The notes: a model not told the origin generated them from the sequence alone. A DNA stretch of 64,000 nucleotides from Bryobacterales bacterium (GCA_003142185.1 PLOR01000022.1:2336-66335), one strand, 5' to 3'; numbered from the stretch's first letter, positions 1-10,164 are shown. Translations and numbers: made by a program.

Positions 1-612
1 GCGGCGGAAGATGCGATCTTCACCTGCGACGTCGGTACGCCAACCATCTGGGCCGCGCGCTATCTCCATATGAATGGCAAGCGCAGATTGCTCGGCTCTT
101 TCACGCACGGCTCCATGGCCAACGCGCTCCCGCAAGCGGTTGGAGCGCAGGTCAGTCATCCCGGCCGTCAAGTGATCTCAATGTCCGGAGACGGTGGGTT
201 CGCCATGCTCATGGGCGATCTGCTCTCGCTTCGCCAGTTGCAGTTGCCGGTCAAGATGATCGTCTTCAACAACAGTTCCCTGGCCTTTGTCGAATTGGAA
301 ATGAAGGCCGCCGGCATCCTCGATTTTGGAACCGACTTGCATAACCCGAATTTCGCGAAGATGGCCGAGGCCGCAGGCATCCTGGGGCTCCGGGCCGAAA
401 CGGCGGATCAGGTTGAACCGATGATCCGGCAGGCGCTCAGCCATGACGGGCCGGCTCTGATTGAAGCTATGGTGAGCCGGCAGGAACTCTCTATGCCGCC
501 TACCATTAGCGTCGATCAGATCAAGGGCTTCAGCCTGTTCATGATCAAGGCTGTTCTCGATGGCCGCGGCAGCGAGATCATTGATCTCGCCAAAACCAAC
601 CTTTTGCGCTGA
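1..612 (+). CDS. Thiamine-diphosphate-dependent enzyme, C-terminal part (pyruvate oxidase / PoxB-like); 5' end lies outside the window
   Basis: Frame of the 70..612 ORF is open from base 1. Canonical ThDP motif GDG...NN is present ([16 protein letters not shown]...[13 protein letters not shown]), followed by a PoxB-like C-terminal tail. Confidence 0.8.
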   Translation, partial: AAEDAIFTCDVGTPTIWAARYLHMNGKRRLLGSFTHGSMANALPQAVGAQVSHPGRQVISMSGDGGFAMLMGDLLSLRQLQLPVKMIVFNNSSLAFVELEMKAAGILDFGTDLHNPNFAKMAEAAGILGLRAETADQVEPMIRQALSHDGPALIEAMVSRQELSMPPTISVDQIKGFSLFMIKAVLDGRGSEIIDLAKTNLLR

Positions 613-792
613 GGTAACCAAGCCTGGCCGACGGTCAGAGGCGTGGGTCCTGAAGGTGCGTCCGCTCAATCATGACGACGTTGCGATAAGCCTGCGCGTT
701 TGCATCGAGCGCGTCGCCGCAGTTCGCCCATAGCAAGCTTCCAGTTAGTGGACGCCCCAGATACGGCGATGTGGGATATCACTCCCTTGTCA

Positions 793-1248
793 TCACTGGA
801 GTTTTCCTTCTACGCGATCCCCGGTTCCGCGGCGTTGAAATTCGTCCCAGCGCAGGGCCGCCTCGTCGTCTTGGCCTCGGATCGCATGCGCGTAGACCTC
901 CGCCGTCGTCCGCACCGAGGAGTGCCCGAGGCGCTCCGACACCACCGGCAGTGGCACACCATCGGCCAGCAGGTGCGACCCGTGACTGTGGCGTAGGGAG
1001 TGCAGACTCGCGCCCTTCGGGAGATTCAGCCTGCGGAACAGAAGCGAAACCACCGACGAGACTGAATTCGGCCGCAGCGCCGTTCCGTCCGGGTTGGCGA
1101 AGATCAGGTCCAGGTCCGCCCGGTAAGCAGGCCCGAACTTTTTGCGGAATTCATCCTGGCGCTTCCGATGCGCGCGGAGAGCGGCGAGTGCCGACGCCGG
1201 CACTTTCACGTCCCGTGGCCTCTCCGTTTTCGTAGGCGAGCACAGCAT
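793..1248 (-). pseudogene. Tyrosine recombinase (phage-type integrase), C-terminal catalytic half only
   Basis: The 151-aa ORF contains box II HSLRHSHGSHLL and LGHSSVRTTAEVYAH (nucleophile Tyr). No N-terminal core-binding domain is present, so it is a 5'-truncated remnant. Confidence 0.75.
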
Positions 1249-1266
1249 TGCGATCCCGGCGGCGGA

Positions 1267-1290
1267 GCGTTAAGTGGTGTTATCGCTAGC
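1267..1290 (+). repeat. Copy 1 of co-oriented bipartite motif RCGWTA-N8-TATCGG
   Basis: GCGTTA AGTGGTGT TATCGC TAGC. Lies 19 bp from the integrase-fragment start and 233 bp upstream of the 1523 ORF. Confidence 0.7.
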
Positions 1291-1522
1291 CGTTCTGCCG
1301 GACAAATCGCACCAACCCGTTGCGACGGCAACATCCAGGAAGCGGGGAATCCTGGGCCTTGCGGAATTTCGCTGGTCCGCAGCCTGAACAGGGTGTGGAG
1401 CCCGACTCCGAGTACGCCGTGATCCGGCCAGAATCGGAGAACACCCGGCGCTGAATTGCACGACTTGGCATCTCGGCTCAAACGAGTGCCGACTGGGATA
1501 TACTCGGGCAGAAAGGAGATTC

Positions 1523-2548
1523 ATGCGCAACATCGCGCTCGTCGTCGCACTGGCTAGTGTGACGGCGCTCTTTGCACAGTCACCATCGTCTTACCGCATC
1601 ACCCACACCTACACACTGGGCGGGGATGGCCGCTGGGACTACGTTGTGCCCGACCCACCCAATCACCGTCTGTTTATCGCCAGGCAGAATCGCCTGATGG
1701 TCGTCGACGAAGACAGCGGGTCGCTGCTTGGCGAAGTCAACGGCATCGATGGCGCGCACGGGACTGCGCTGGCGCCTGCCACGGGTCATGGATTCGCCAC
1801 CTCAGGTAACGACCAGTCCGTGGTGATGTTCGATTTGAAAACGTTCAAGGTGCTCGGCCGGATTCCGGCCGCCGAAGACGCCGATGCGATCGTCTACGAC
1901 AGCGTATCGAACCGCGTCTTCACAATGAATGGGGATGCGCACTCCTCGACGGTGATCGACCCGCGGGCGGGGACGAGGATGACGAACATTCCGCTCGGCG
2001 GCAAGCCCGAATACGGCGCGTCAGCCGGAGGCGGCAAGGTGTACGCAAACCTCACGGACAGGAGCGAAGTGGTTGAGATCGACGCGAACGCGGCGACCGT
2101 GTTGCGGCGCTGGTCCACGGCCCCGTGCAAGCAACCGGTCTCCATGGCCATCGACACCGCCCACCATCGGCTGTTCAGCGGATGCCGCAGCGGCCTCATG
2201 GCGGTCTCCGACTATCAGGCCGGCAAGGTGGTGGCGACGGTCGCGATCGGCACCGGCGTCGACGGCGCCGGGTACGATGCGGCCTCAGGCAACGCGTTTG
2301 CCTCGAATGCGAATGGCACGCTCACCGTGATTCATCAAGACACTCCGGACCAATATCGCGTTGTCGAAAACGTGCAGACGCCGCAGGGGGCGCGCAACAT
2401 GGGGCTCGACCCAACGAATCACCGCGTGTTCATCGTCTCCGCAAAGTTTGGACCAGTGCCGGCGGATGCGGCTGGCAGAGGCAGGCCACCGGTGCTGCCC
2501 GGATCGTTTACATTGATGGTCATCGAGCGCGATTCGTCAGCACCCTGA
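1523..2548 (+). CDS. Secreted YncE/YVTN-like beta-propeller repeat protein
   Basis: 341-aa ORF with signal peptide MRNIALVVALASVTALFAQ. Blade-like segments recur (PNHRLFIARQN, SNRVFTMNG, AHHRLFSGC, TNHRVFIVS). Confidence 0.65.
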   Translation: MRNIALVVALASVTALFAQSPSSYRITHTYTLGGDGRWDYVVPDPPNHRLFIARQNRLMVVDEDSGSLLGEVNGIDGAHGTALAPATGHGFATSGNDQSVVMFDLKTFKVLGRIPAAEDADAIVYDSVSNRVFTMNGDAHSSTVIDPRAGTRMTNIPLGGKPEYGASAGGGKVYANLTDRSEVVEIDANAATVLRRWSTAPCKQPVSMAIDTAHHRLFSGCRSGLMAVSDYQAGKVVATVAIGTGVDGAGYDAASGNAFASNANGTLTVIHQDTPDQYRVVENVQTPQGARNMGLDPTNHRVFIVSAKFGPVPADAAGRGRPPVLPGSFTLMVIERDSSAP

Positions 2549-2595
2549 CCGAGTGGAGGTCCTGGTCGACCGAATTGCGAATCGACCTGGCGACG

Positions 2596-2619
2596 GCGTT
2601 ATTTCGGGTTATCGGTGGC
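2596..2619 (+). repeat. Copy 2 of bipartite motif
   Basis: GCGTTA TTTCGGGT TATCGG TGGC, in the convergent gap between the 2548 and 2645 stop codons. Confidence 0.7.
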
Positions 2620-2644
2620 TACATCGCCGATCACGCCTGGCGCG

Positions 2645-4822
2645 CTACGGCAGCACGGTGAAATCGGTCCACTGGCCGGCGGCGGCTTTGCCGCCGTTTG
2701 TCTCCGCCGCGAGCACTTGCAGATCGTAGTCGCCGGGAGTAAGTCTGTCCGTCAGTTTCAGCGCGCCGAACACGACCTTCCCGCTGCCTTGCACGTCGAT
2801 CACCTGCGCCGGCGCCGAGAACACTTCCTTGCCATCGCGCAGAAGGCGCACCCGCGTGGTCAGATCTACATCCGGCTTCTTCTTGCGGCCGTTCTCAACC
2901 ATGCAAAGAAACTCGAGCGAGCCGCCGCGCTTGAACTGCCGCAGCGCCGGCATGATGTCCGGCAGGTCGTGCACGTCGTGCGACCGTTCGCCATCCAGCA
3001 GGATCACGCTGGCCAGCGCGAAACCCGTCTTTTTCAAATCCGGAATTTGGATGAACTGGGTGGCCGAGCCGATCCTGCCCGTCGCCTCGTCCCGTGCCGC
3101 CACGCGAATCTGGAACGCCCCGCGTTTTGGAACCGGCACGTCCAGCTGGTAGAGTGCACCATTCCGCTGCGCCTCAGCCATCCTGCCCGGGGCTACCCGT
3201 ATATTGAAAGTGCGGCCCACCGCGGCCAACGGTTGGTCGCCGGTGCCGGTGGCGACCGCCAATACCATAACCCGCGCCCCATCGCTGCCGTCGACGTTAT
3301 GCTCCCAAGTCAGGTCGGCCACATTGATTCTCATAAGGTTGCGGACCACCGGACCACGTGGTTTGGGCACCTCCGTATATAGCGCCGTCAGCCGCATTCC
3401 CACGCCGGAGGACCGGAAAGGCGATAGCATGGCGGCACGCAATTGTTCGACAGGTGTGTTGAACTTCGGAAGCGGCTGATCGTCCGTCTCGCCGAGGAAC
3501 CCGGATCGCGAGCGCACGTGCAGCCCGGCGCGCGTCACTTTCACCTGGATGCGGTGGAAGTCGCTCCTCTTGTTCTTGCCCAGCAACGTACTTTCGGGTG
3601 GGTGATACCCCAGCAGGTAGTAACCCGCCTGGTCCTCCAGCACCCGATCAAGCCCCCTGTTCAGGTCGTTGCCGTTATCGTAGGCCAGCCCGCCCGTCTG
3701 GTCCGCGAGGTAACCGAGATTCTCCTGCAGGATATTGTTTCTGATGCCCTTTCCGCTGCGATCGACGACTCGGGTCAGGTTGTTTGCGGGGGCGCCCACT
3801 GGAGTTACCGGCGTCTCATCCGGTGGCGGATTGTCCTGTGCGTCGAACTGCAAACTCTGCAATCCGGTCGCGCACATGGTGTAGATCACGGTGCCCGACT
3901 GGTTGGCCCGATCGGTCAGGATCCGAAGGGCCCGCTGAACGTCGGCGTTAGTATCCAGGGCATCGTCCGCCGCCTGCGTATTTAGTCTGTGGGCGTGCGA
4001 ACCGACGCCGGCTTCAGACACTTGCAGCCCATCGGAGAACAGCACGATTGATTTGCGCCCAGGCATCTCGCTGAGCGCGCCGACGATATAGTTGATTGCC
4101 CCGAGCGTGCCGACGGTTGAGATGGCGCTGTTTTCGCTGTCATATCGCGCATCGAGCGACTGGGAATCGTCGCTGAGGGCGGAGCCGATCAGGTCCCCCC
4201 ACGACGAGGATTTGGCGTATGGATCGAAGTACGTTATGCCAAAGCGTCCATTGGGGTTCCAACGCAAGCCGTCGATGACCGACAGCAGCACCCGTTTATC
4301 TGCGCTGAATTGCTGCAAGGCGCCCGATCCGGCGCCCGTCCGGCAGACCGCGACCAGGTCGCCCGGCTGCATCTGTTCGCTGACAAACTTGCCCAGCGAA
4401 TTGCGCACCAGTGCCATGCTTTTGAAGGAAAGGCCGAGATCATCCACCATCAGCACGATGGTCCGCCGCACGTCTTCCGGACGAAGCTGCGCCAGCGGTG
4501 GAGGCGGCAAGGTCGCAACGGAGCTGGGCGAAGGTTTTTCACGCGCCGCCTTGAGTTCCGCCGCCTTGGATACCGGGGTTATCTGGACGTACGAAAAATG
4601 CGTCAGCTTTTGCAGCTTGCCGTCCTCGAAGACCTGGAAATCCGCCGGGATGAGATTGGTGACCTGGTGCCCTTTGGAATCGGTCACTATAGCGTCCAAC
4701 TGCACCAGCGTCGAGGTGACGGCAAAAACCGCCTCGGGCCGCGGGGAGTCCGGCGCCGGCACGGCAGGCTGCTGCCCCGAAGCGAACCACACGCCAATCA
4801 AGACGCTGGCGGCTGCCTTCAT
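2645..4822 (-). CDS. VWA-domain protein of the VWFA-related acidobacterial-domain family
   Basis: 725-aa ORF with a signal peptide. The N-terminal block FAVTSTLVQLDAIVTDSKGHQVTNLIPADFQVFEDGKLQKLTHFSY is typical of that family. It is followed by a VWA-like core (IVLMVDDLGLS...). Confidence 0.75.
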   Translation of the reverse strand: MKAAASVLIGVWFASGQQPAVPAPDSPRPEAVFAVTSTLVQLDAIVTDSKGHQVTNLIPADFQVFEDGKLQKLTHFSYVQITPVSKAAELKAAREKPSPSSVATLPPPPLAQLRPEDVRRTIVLMVDDLGLSFKSMALVRNSLGKFVSEQMQPGDLVAVCRTGAGSGALQQFSADKRVLLSVIDGLRWNPNGRFGITYFDPYAKSSSWGDLIGSALSDDSQSLDARYDSENSAISTVGTLGAINYIVGALSEMPGRKSIVLFSDGLQVSEAGVGSHAHRLNTQAADDALDTNADVQRALRILTDRANQSGTVIYTMCATGLQSLQFDAQDNPPPDETPVTPVGAPANNLTRVVDRSGKGIRNNILQENLGYLADQTGGLAYDNGNDLNRGLDRVLEDQAGYYLLGYHPPESTLLGKNKRSDFHRIQVKVTRAGLHVRSRSGFLGETDDQPLPKFNTPVEQLRAAMLSPFRSSGVGMRLTALYTEVPKPRGPVVRNLMRINVADLTWEHNVDGSDGARVMVLAVATGTGDQPLAAVGRTFNIRVAPGRMAEAQRNGALYQLDVPVPKRGAFQIRVAARDEATGRIGSATQFIQIPDLKKTGFALASVILLDGERSHDVHDLPDIMPALRQFKRGGSLEFLCMVENGRKKKPDVDLTTRVRLLRDGKEVFSAPAQVIDVQGSGKVVFGALKLTDRLTPGDYDLQVLAAETNGGKAAAGQWTDFTVLP

Positions 4823-5051
4823 AATTTAAGTCTGACAGGTAGGTACCCTCCGCGCCAGCCTCTTTCGAGCCATGCCCATCGCCCGGCTCAGCGTGCTTGC
4901 GCAGGCAGTCGCTGTCTGCTTGGCCTTTTCTCTTATGCCGCATCGTGGACAGGCCGGTGCCGACCGCGCATCGCTCAGATAGCCGCCAAGCCGACTCTCT
5001 ATACTTGCATCGCGAAACTGCTGTTTTCTTCAAACGGCTTGGTAGTGGAGG

Positions 5052-5075
5052 ACGTTATCGCGCCTTATCGGTAGA
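5052..5075 (+). repeat. Copy 3 of bipartite motif
   Basis: ACGTTA TCGCGCCT TATCGG TAGA, in the divergent region between the 4822 start (-) and the 5213 start (+). Confidence 0.75.
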
Positions 5076-5339
5076 AGCAGCTTTCAGACTGTTGGTTTCG
5101 GCCGCTGCGGGCACTTCCCACAACCGGCCCGTGGTTTCCTGATCTTTGATACGCTTTACAAATGATCCGCCTTTTCCTGCTGCCTTTTCGCCGGTGCTCG
5201 ATTGAATCTGCCATGGCTCTTCGGCCGACGAATGTAAGCCGAGCCACGGCGGGACTGCTGCTGGCGCTGGCGTGGCTGGCAGGTGCGCCGCTTGCGGCAT
5301 TAGCGCAAAAAGCGGCCGATTACCCATCAGGACGTCTGG

Positions 5340-7292
5340 ATGATGAAGCGCATGGGCGAACCCGTGGTGAGCCCAGACGGCCGTTGGATTGTTTTCTCCC
5401 TGACGGAGCCCGATTACGATCCTGCAAAACAAACTTCGGATCTCTGGGTTCTCCGGTCCGATGGCACCGAGCCGCCTCGGCGGTTGACATATACGAAGGA
5501 ACCTGAGAACGGAGTGGCTTGGTCTCCCGACGGAACACGAATGGCTTTCTCCACCAAGCGGGAAGGCGATCAAACGCCGCAAATCTACATCTTGCCGATG
5601 TCGGGCGGCGAAGCGCGACGCGTCACAAACGTCCCTGGTGGCGCTACCGGGCCGCAATGGCGTCCGGACGGAAAGGCGATCCTCTTTCAAAGCCAAGTGG
5701 ACCCCATTGCCGAGCAGCGAAAGGACCGAAAATGGAACGCTCGCATTTACGATGCCATGCCGATCCGCTTTTGGAATGCCTGGCTCGATGAGCGGCGACC
5801 TCATGTCTTTGTCCAGGAGCTGAGTGATTCCGCCCAGCCGCTCGACCTAGTAAAGGGATCTAGGCTCGCGGAAAGCGCGGGCTTCAATGGTGTTTTCAAC
5901 GAAACGGGCGGGCAGGACCTGCAGGCGGTGTGGGCGCCTGACGGCAAGTCCATCGTGTTTGTCGCATATGCCAATCGAGACCGGATGATGGGCGAAGAAG
6001 TCGAGTCGAAGCTCTTTTTCGTCGCGGCGGCCGGTGGTGAACCGGCCGCGATTACGGAAAGAGGCGCTAGCTATGAGCATCCGCACTTTTCGCCGACGGG
6101 CAATTATTTATATGCGCAGACCGAGCGCAGCCCGGACCCGGCCGGACGACTCTATTCGCTGACCCGCTTGGCGCAGTTCGGCTGGCCCGATACAGGGAAA
6201 GTAAAGATCCTGACTAAGGGTTGGGACCGGTCGATCGGGTCGTTCTCGATTTCGCATGACGGGCGTAACGTCTACCTTGCGGCGGAGGATGACGGATTCG
6301 ACCAACTCTTCGAACTCACGGTATCAAGTGAGAAGCTGGAACGGATCATGCAAGTGACGGAGGGCGGCTATACAAGCGTTCAGCCGGTTGAAGGTGGTAT
6401 GGTTGCTGAGTTTCAGACGTCCTTGCGGCCGCCAGAGATTGTGCGCCTCGATCCCGCCAAGGGCTCGCACACCATGCTGACGAACTTCAACGCGGCGGCG
6501 GTGGCCGATATTGACGCACCCGCTTCCATTCATTTCTGGTTTGTGGCCAAGAATGGCAAACGCATCCACAGCATTATGACCCTGCCGCCGAGGTTCGATC
6601 CAGCCAAGAAATATCCCCTGGTGGTGTCTCCGCATGGCCGGCCGAACTCGATGTCGAAGGATAACTTCACGACACGCTGGAACAGTTACCTGCTTACGTC
6701 GCCCGGCTACGTACTACTCAGAACCGACTACACCGGTTCGACGGGTTTTGGCGAAAAATTCGCCGATGATATCGAGCACGATGTGCTGCGTGGCCCGGCC
6801 CAGGAGATCTTGGAGGCGATTGACGAGGCGGCTAAGCGGTATCCCTACATCGACACCAGCCGGCAGGCGGCGATAGGCGCGAGCTACGGGGGTTACTTGA
6901 TGAATTGGTTCAACGGGCACACGAAGCAGTTCAAGTGCCTGGTAATTCACGCCGGCGCGATAAACAACGAATCGCAGTACGGCTCAAACGATGGTGGCAT
7001 CGACCGTGAACTGCGCATGGGCGGTCCTATCTGGGAGAAGGGCGGCCAGTGGAACGATGAGAGTCCGTTGCGCTATGCGAATGAATTTTCAACCCCCGCG
7101 CTCATCACGGATGGCGAGCAAGACTTCCGCGTGCCGTTGACAGAGAGCATTACGACTTTCAAGATCCTGCAGCGGAGAGGCATCCCTGCGCGGTTAATTG
7201 TTTTCCCAGACGAAGGTCACTGGATTCTAAAAGGCGAAAACAACAGATTGCACATGGAAGAAGTGCTGGCGTGGCTGAAGCGTTATTTATAG
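5340..7292 (+). CDS. S9-family serine peptidase (prolyl oligopeptidase / acylaminoacyl-peptidase type); the signal peptide is displaced into another frame
   Basis: 650-aa ORF with N-terminal propeller repeats (SPDGRWIVFS, SPDGTRMAFS, RPDGKAILFQ, APDGKSIVFV). Catalytic elements are GASYGGY (Ser), DGEQDFRVP (Asp) and PDEGHW (His). The matching signal peptide starts at 5213 in the -1 frame (see finding). Confidence 0.85.
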   Translation: MMKRMGEPVVSPDGRWIVFSLTEPDYDPAKQTSDLWVLRSDGTEPPRRLTYTKEPENGVAWSPDGTRMAFSTKREGDQTPQIYILPMSGGEARRVTNVPGGATGPQWRPDGKAILFQSQVDPIAEQRKDRKWNARIYDAMPIRFWNAWLDERRPHVFVQELSDSAQPLDLVKGSRLAESAGFNGVFNETGGQDLQAVWAPDGKSIVFVAYANRDRMMGEEVESKLFFVAAAGGEPAAITERGASYEHPHFSPTGNYLYAQTERSPDPAGRLYSLTRLAQFGWPDTGKVKILTKGWDRSIGSFSISHDGRNVYLAAEDDGFDQLFELTVSSEKLERIMQVTEGGYTSVQPVEGGMVAEFQTSLRPPEIVRLDPAKGSHTMLTNFNAAAVADIDAPASIHFWFVAKNGKRIHSIMTLPPRFDPAKKYPLVVSPHGRPNSMSKDNFTTRWNSYLLTSPGYVLLRTDYTGSTGFGEKFADDIEHDVLRGPAQEILEAIDEAAKRYPYIDTSRQAAIGASYGGYLMNWFNGHTKQFKCLVIHAGAINNESQYGSNDGGIDRELRMGGPIWEKGGQWNDESPLRYANEFSTPALITDGEQDFRVPLTESITTFKILQRRGIPARLIVFPDEGHWILKGENNRLHMEEVLAWLKRYL

Positions 7293-7347
7293 TGGCGGTT
7301 CGATAACTCGCCAAGCGGCGTTCCGGGAAGTGGGCACAACCGAACGG

Positions 7348-7380
7348 GCGTTAAGACCTGATATCGGCAGCCCTGCGCTG
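7348..7380 (+). repeat. Copy 4 of bipartite motif (long form with CAGCCCTGCGCTG tail)
   Basis: GCGTTA AGACCTGA TATCGG CAGCCCTGCGCTG, in the convergent gap 7293-7493. The tail CCTGAT..CCCTGCGCTGC recurs at 7411-7430. Confidence 0.75.
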
Positions 7381-7493
7381 CCCTACAGCTCAGGCACATC
7401 GGTGGTTCGCGCCTGATGCCCTGCGCTGCTGCTGCTTTGCTCTTCTTCCGCGCACTGAACAGCCGAGTCCAGAATGATCACACTGTTAACGGC

Positions 7494-8579
7494 TCACTTT
7501 CTTAATTGCTGGACGAAGAAATCCGCCATCATGTGGTTAGCCTCGATGGCCTCGGGAAGCGCAGAGTCGTACCAGAAGGCGTGGGGCAGAGCGTCGAAGA
7601 CAACCAACCGCGCATCGACGCCGGCGTTCAGGTAGGCGCGGTGCAGGTTGACGGTGCCTGAGAGCAGCAAATCGCGGCCGCTGGTGATGAATAGGGTGGG
7701 CGGCAGCCCATGCAGGTCGGAGAAGATCGGCGAGAGCAAGGGATCCCGTCGGTCAGTGGCGGCTGCGTACTCCGAGTCATGAGGTTCTGGCTCAGGCGAA
7801 TCCAGATGCCCCGAGAAGCCCCGCAAGCCGTAAACCGCCTCCGAGTCGCCGTAGCGTGCGAAGTCGCCCATCCCGCTGAAGATGCCGAGTGCAGCCGGCA
7901 GCGGCAGGCCCAGTTGCTTCAGGCGAGCGGCCACCTCTGCGGTCAGAATGGCCCCGGCCGAGGTGCCATAGATCACTATCTGGCTGGGCTTGTAGGTTTT
8001 CAGCAACTCCTTGTAGACGGCGACCGAATCATCGACGGCCGCGGGAAACGGATGCTCCGGCGCCAGCCGGTATAGCACGGCTACCACCTTGATCCTGCTG
8101 TAGCCTGCGATGGGAATTGACTCCGTATAGGAGCCGGAATCTGAGTTGAAGCCGCCACCGTGCAGGTTGAGGAGGACCTTGTCACGGTTGGCCTCGGGCA
8201 GCCCTTCCGGGGTGACAACGCGAACCGGAACTGCGGCGATCTTGTCCTCAACGAGCTGATTGGGGCAGAGCCGGCTCCATTCCACACGCGCACGGGCCGT
8301 GTAGCCATCGGTGCCCCGGCGGCGCTCGGCTAGAGATTGCGGGGGGCCCTGGTCGGGCATTTGTCGACTCAACGAGCGCTGAGCCTCGGCGCTGATGGTC
8401 TTCGGAACCGGAACAATCCGGGTGACGTGCGCCGTGCCCTGGGTGTCGATGTAGCTGGTGTCACGTGTGGGAGACTGAGTTGCCGTCGTGGGCTGGGGGG
8501 CGGCGGTGGGCTCCTGCGCTTGGACGATTGCGGAAGTCAGCAAGAGCAGCAGTGAGGCGGAACGGGCGAAGAGATTCAT
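7494..8579 (-). CDS. Secreted alpha/beta hydrolase, hormone-sensitive-lipase-type esterase
   Basis: 361-aa ORF with a signal peptide. It has the HGGGF oxyanion-hole motif and the GTSAG nucleophile elbow. Confidence 0.8.
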   Translation of the reverse strand: MNLFARSASLLLLLTSAIVQAQEPTAAPQPTTATQSPTRDTSYIDTQGTAHVTRIVPVPKTISAEAQRSLSRQMPDQGPPQSLAERRRGTDGYTARARVEWSRLCPNQLVEDKIAAVPVRVVTPEGLPEANRDKVLLNLHGGGFNSDSGSYTESIPIAGYSRIKVVAVLYRLAPEHPFPAAVDDSVAVYKELLKTYKPSQIVIYGTSAGAILTAEVAARLKQLGLPLPAALGIFSGMGDFARYGDSEAVYGLRGFSGHLDSPEPEPHDSEYAAATDRRDPLLSPIFSDLHGLPPTLFITSGRDLLLSGTVNLHRAYLNAGVDARLVVFDALPHAFWYDSALPEAIEANHMMADFFVQQLRK

Positions 8580-8707
8580 GGAATTGAGCTCCTCTTATGA
8601 AAGATTAATTCTGGCGCGCTCACACGCGGTCAGAATTGGAACTCCTTCACGATACCAAAGAGGGATGCGTGTGTTCCCCTGCCATGAGCGACGCCCGTTC
8701 CGCGCGA

Positions 8708-8731
8708 GCGATATGGTTCGATATCGGTAGC
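8708..8731 (+). repeat. Copy 5 of bipartite motif
   Basis: GCGATA TGGTTCGA TATCGG TAGC, 100 bp upstream of the 8831 ORF. Confidence 0.7.
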
Positions 8732-8830
8732 CAACTCCACAAGCAAGCCGACCGCTGCGCTGTTTCCGAGTAGCGCGTAACACGTTCCCCATCCGTTTTC
8801 TGATCGGCTAAACTTAGCTGAACCCCTTCT

Positions 8831-9172
8831 ATGCCGCTGTCACCGGGCGACAAACTTGGTCCATACGAAATCCTCGCGCCGCTAGGTGCGGGCGGCATGG
8901 GAGAAGTGTATCGCGCACGCGATCCGCGCCTCAATCGCCACGTCGCCATCAAAGTTTCTCAGGAACGATTCTCCGACTGCTTCGAGCGCGAGGCCCGCGC
9001 AGTGGCCGCGCTGAACCATCCGAACATCTGCCAGTTGTACGATGTCGGGCCGAACTACCTGGTGATGGAATTAGTGGAAGGCGAGGCGCTGGCGGCGCGA
9101 TTGCGGCGTGGAGCGTTGAAGCTGGAGGAAGCTGTTGCGGTGGCGAAGATCGCACGCTGTGCGGGCCGTTAA
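8831..9172 (+). pseudogene. Ser/Thr protein kinase, N-lobe fragment only
   Basis: 113-aa ORF with Gly-rich loop LGAGGMGEVYRA, VAIK lysine and NHPNICQLYD. It stops before the HRD catalytic loop and abuts the stop codon of the convergent OMP gene. Confidence 0.7.
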
Positions 9173-9965
9173 TTAGCGCGAGAACCGGATTGCAACTCCG
9201 CCGGTAAACTCGTCCATCATCCAATTGCCGCCGTAGTGTTTATCGAACCAGGGCTCGTATCGCAGCTCGGGAGCGACCGTCACGTTTCCAAAGCGGAACG
9301 GGAATTCCAGCGCGGCGGCTGCTCCCGCGATCGCTTGGCGGGAGACGGGAAAGGAGTAGTTGTCCACGGAGGTAGAAGTTCCGGAGAACGGATCTACAAG
9401 CTTGGCCATGCCTTCCGTGCCCGTGAGGAACCGCGGGTCCCATGCAGAACCGGAAATGCCGAAGCGGTTCTGCCTCAACCAGGGCGGGGAATTGCCACCG
9501 GTTTGCGGTGCTCGACGTTTTGCCCACTGCCTCGCCAAGCGGGCTGTTCACCCCGTACTGATATACGTCAATGTAGCTCGTAGCGCTGATCCCGACACGT
9601 TGATAGACCGGGTCGAAGCGAATTCGCAGCCGCGGCGCAATCGGAATTGAAGCTGAAAGCCCAATGGCTGGGTGGAGAGGCGCGCTCTGGTAATACCCGC
9701 ATTGCGCACCGGTCGCACAAAGCTCGGGGTAGGAGTAAGTAGTTAACGGCCCTACGAGCGGTGCATCGATTCGCACTCCCATTTCAAGTCGGGGTTGGGA
9801 AAAAACGATTGGAGTAAAGAGAAAAAGGACCAGTAGCGTACGATTCACATATCTAAGACCGCCGAGCGGCTTCAATTCAACTACAGCACCGGTACCTTTT
9901 TTGCAGAACTTTCCGATACAGTTGCCAGCTTGGGTCGCTAACAGGCGAAAAAACTCACGGCGCAT
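9173..9965 (-). pseudogene. Outer-membrane beta-barrel (porin/OmpW-like) protein with one frame break near 9470-9480
   Basis: The N-terminal part is in ORF 9240..9965 (signal-like LLVLFLFTPIVFSQ, alternating beta-strand pattern up to ...RWQFPALVEA). It continues in ORF 9173..9538 (NRFGISGSAWDPRF...ELRYEPWF...GVAIRFSR). Confidence 0.45.
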
Positions 9966-10164
9966 CGGATGTCCAACTTCCCCTCAGCCCGCAATCCTCC
10001 CGAAGGTTCTGGGTGTCGTCGGTCTGCAGACGCGGGTTTGCGCTACCATCAGGAATTGACAAGCCTGGACGAGCAGGCGCTGCACCGGATCGGCCGAGCA
10101 CCAGGACGTTGACTTTAGTGCCCGGCAGCGCAATGCAGGGCCGGCGCAAGCAAATCGACGAGAA

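Noticed and set aside
5052-5075. Reading the motif as a sigma70, ECF or sigma54 promoter.
   Set aside because: The half-site spacing (8 nt) fits none of the -35/-10 (about 17 nt), ECF (16-17 nt) or -24/-12 geometries. Also, several copies face the 3' ends of minus-strand genes.
8708-8731. A tRNA or tRNA-fragment att site, suggested by GGTTCGA in motif copy 5 and similar strings at 6590 and 7298.
   Set aside because: No acceptor or anticodon arms can be folded around any of them. The string is part of the motif spacer or of coding sequence.
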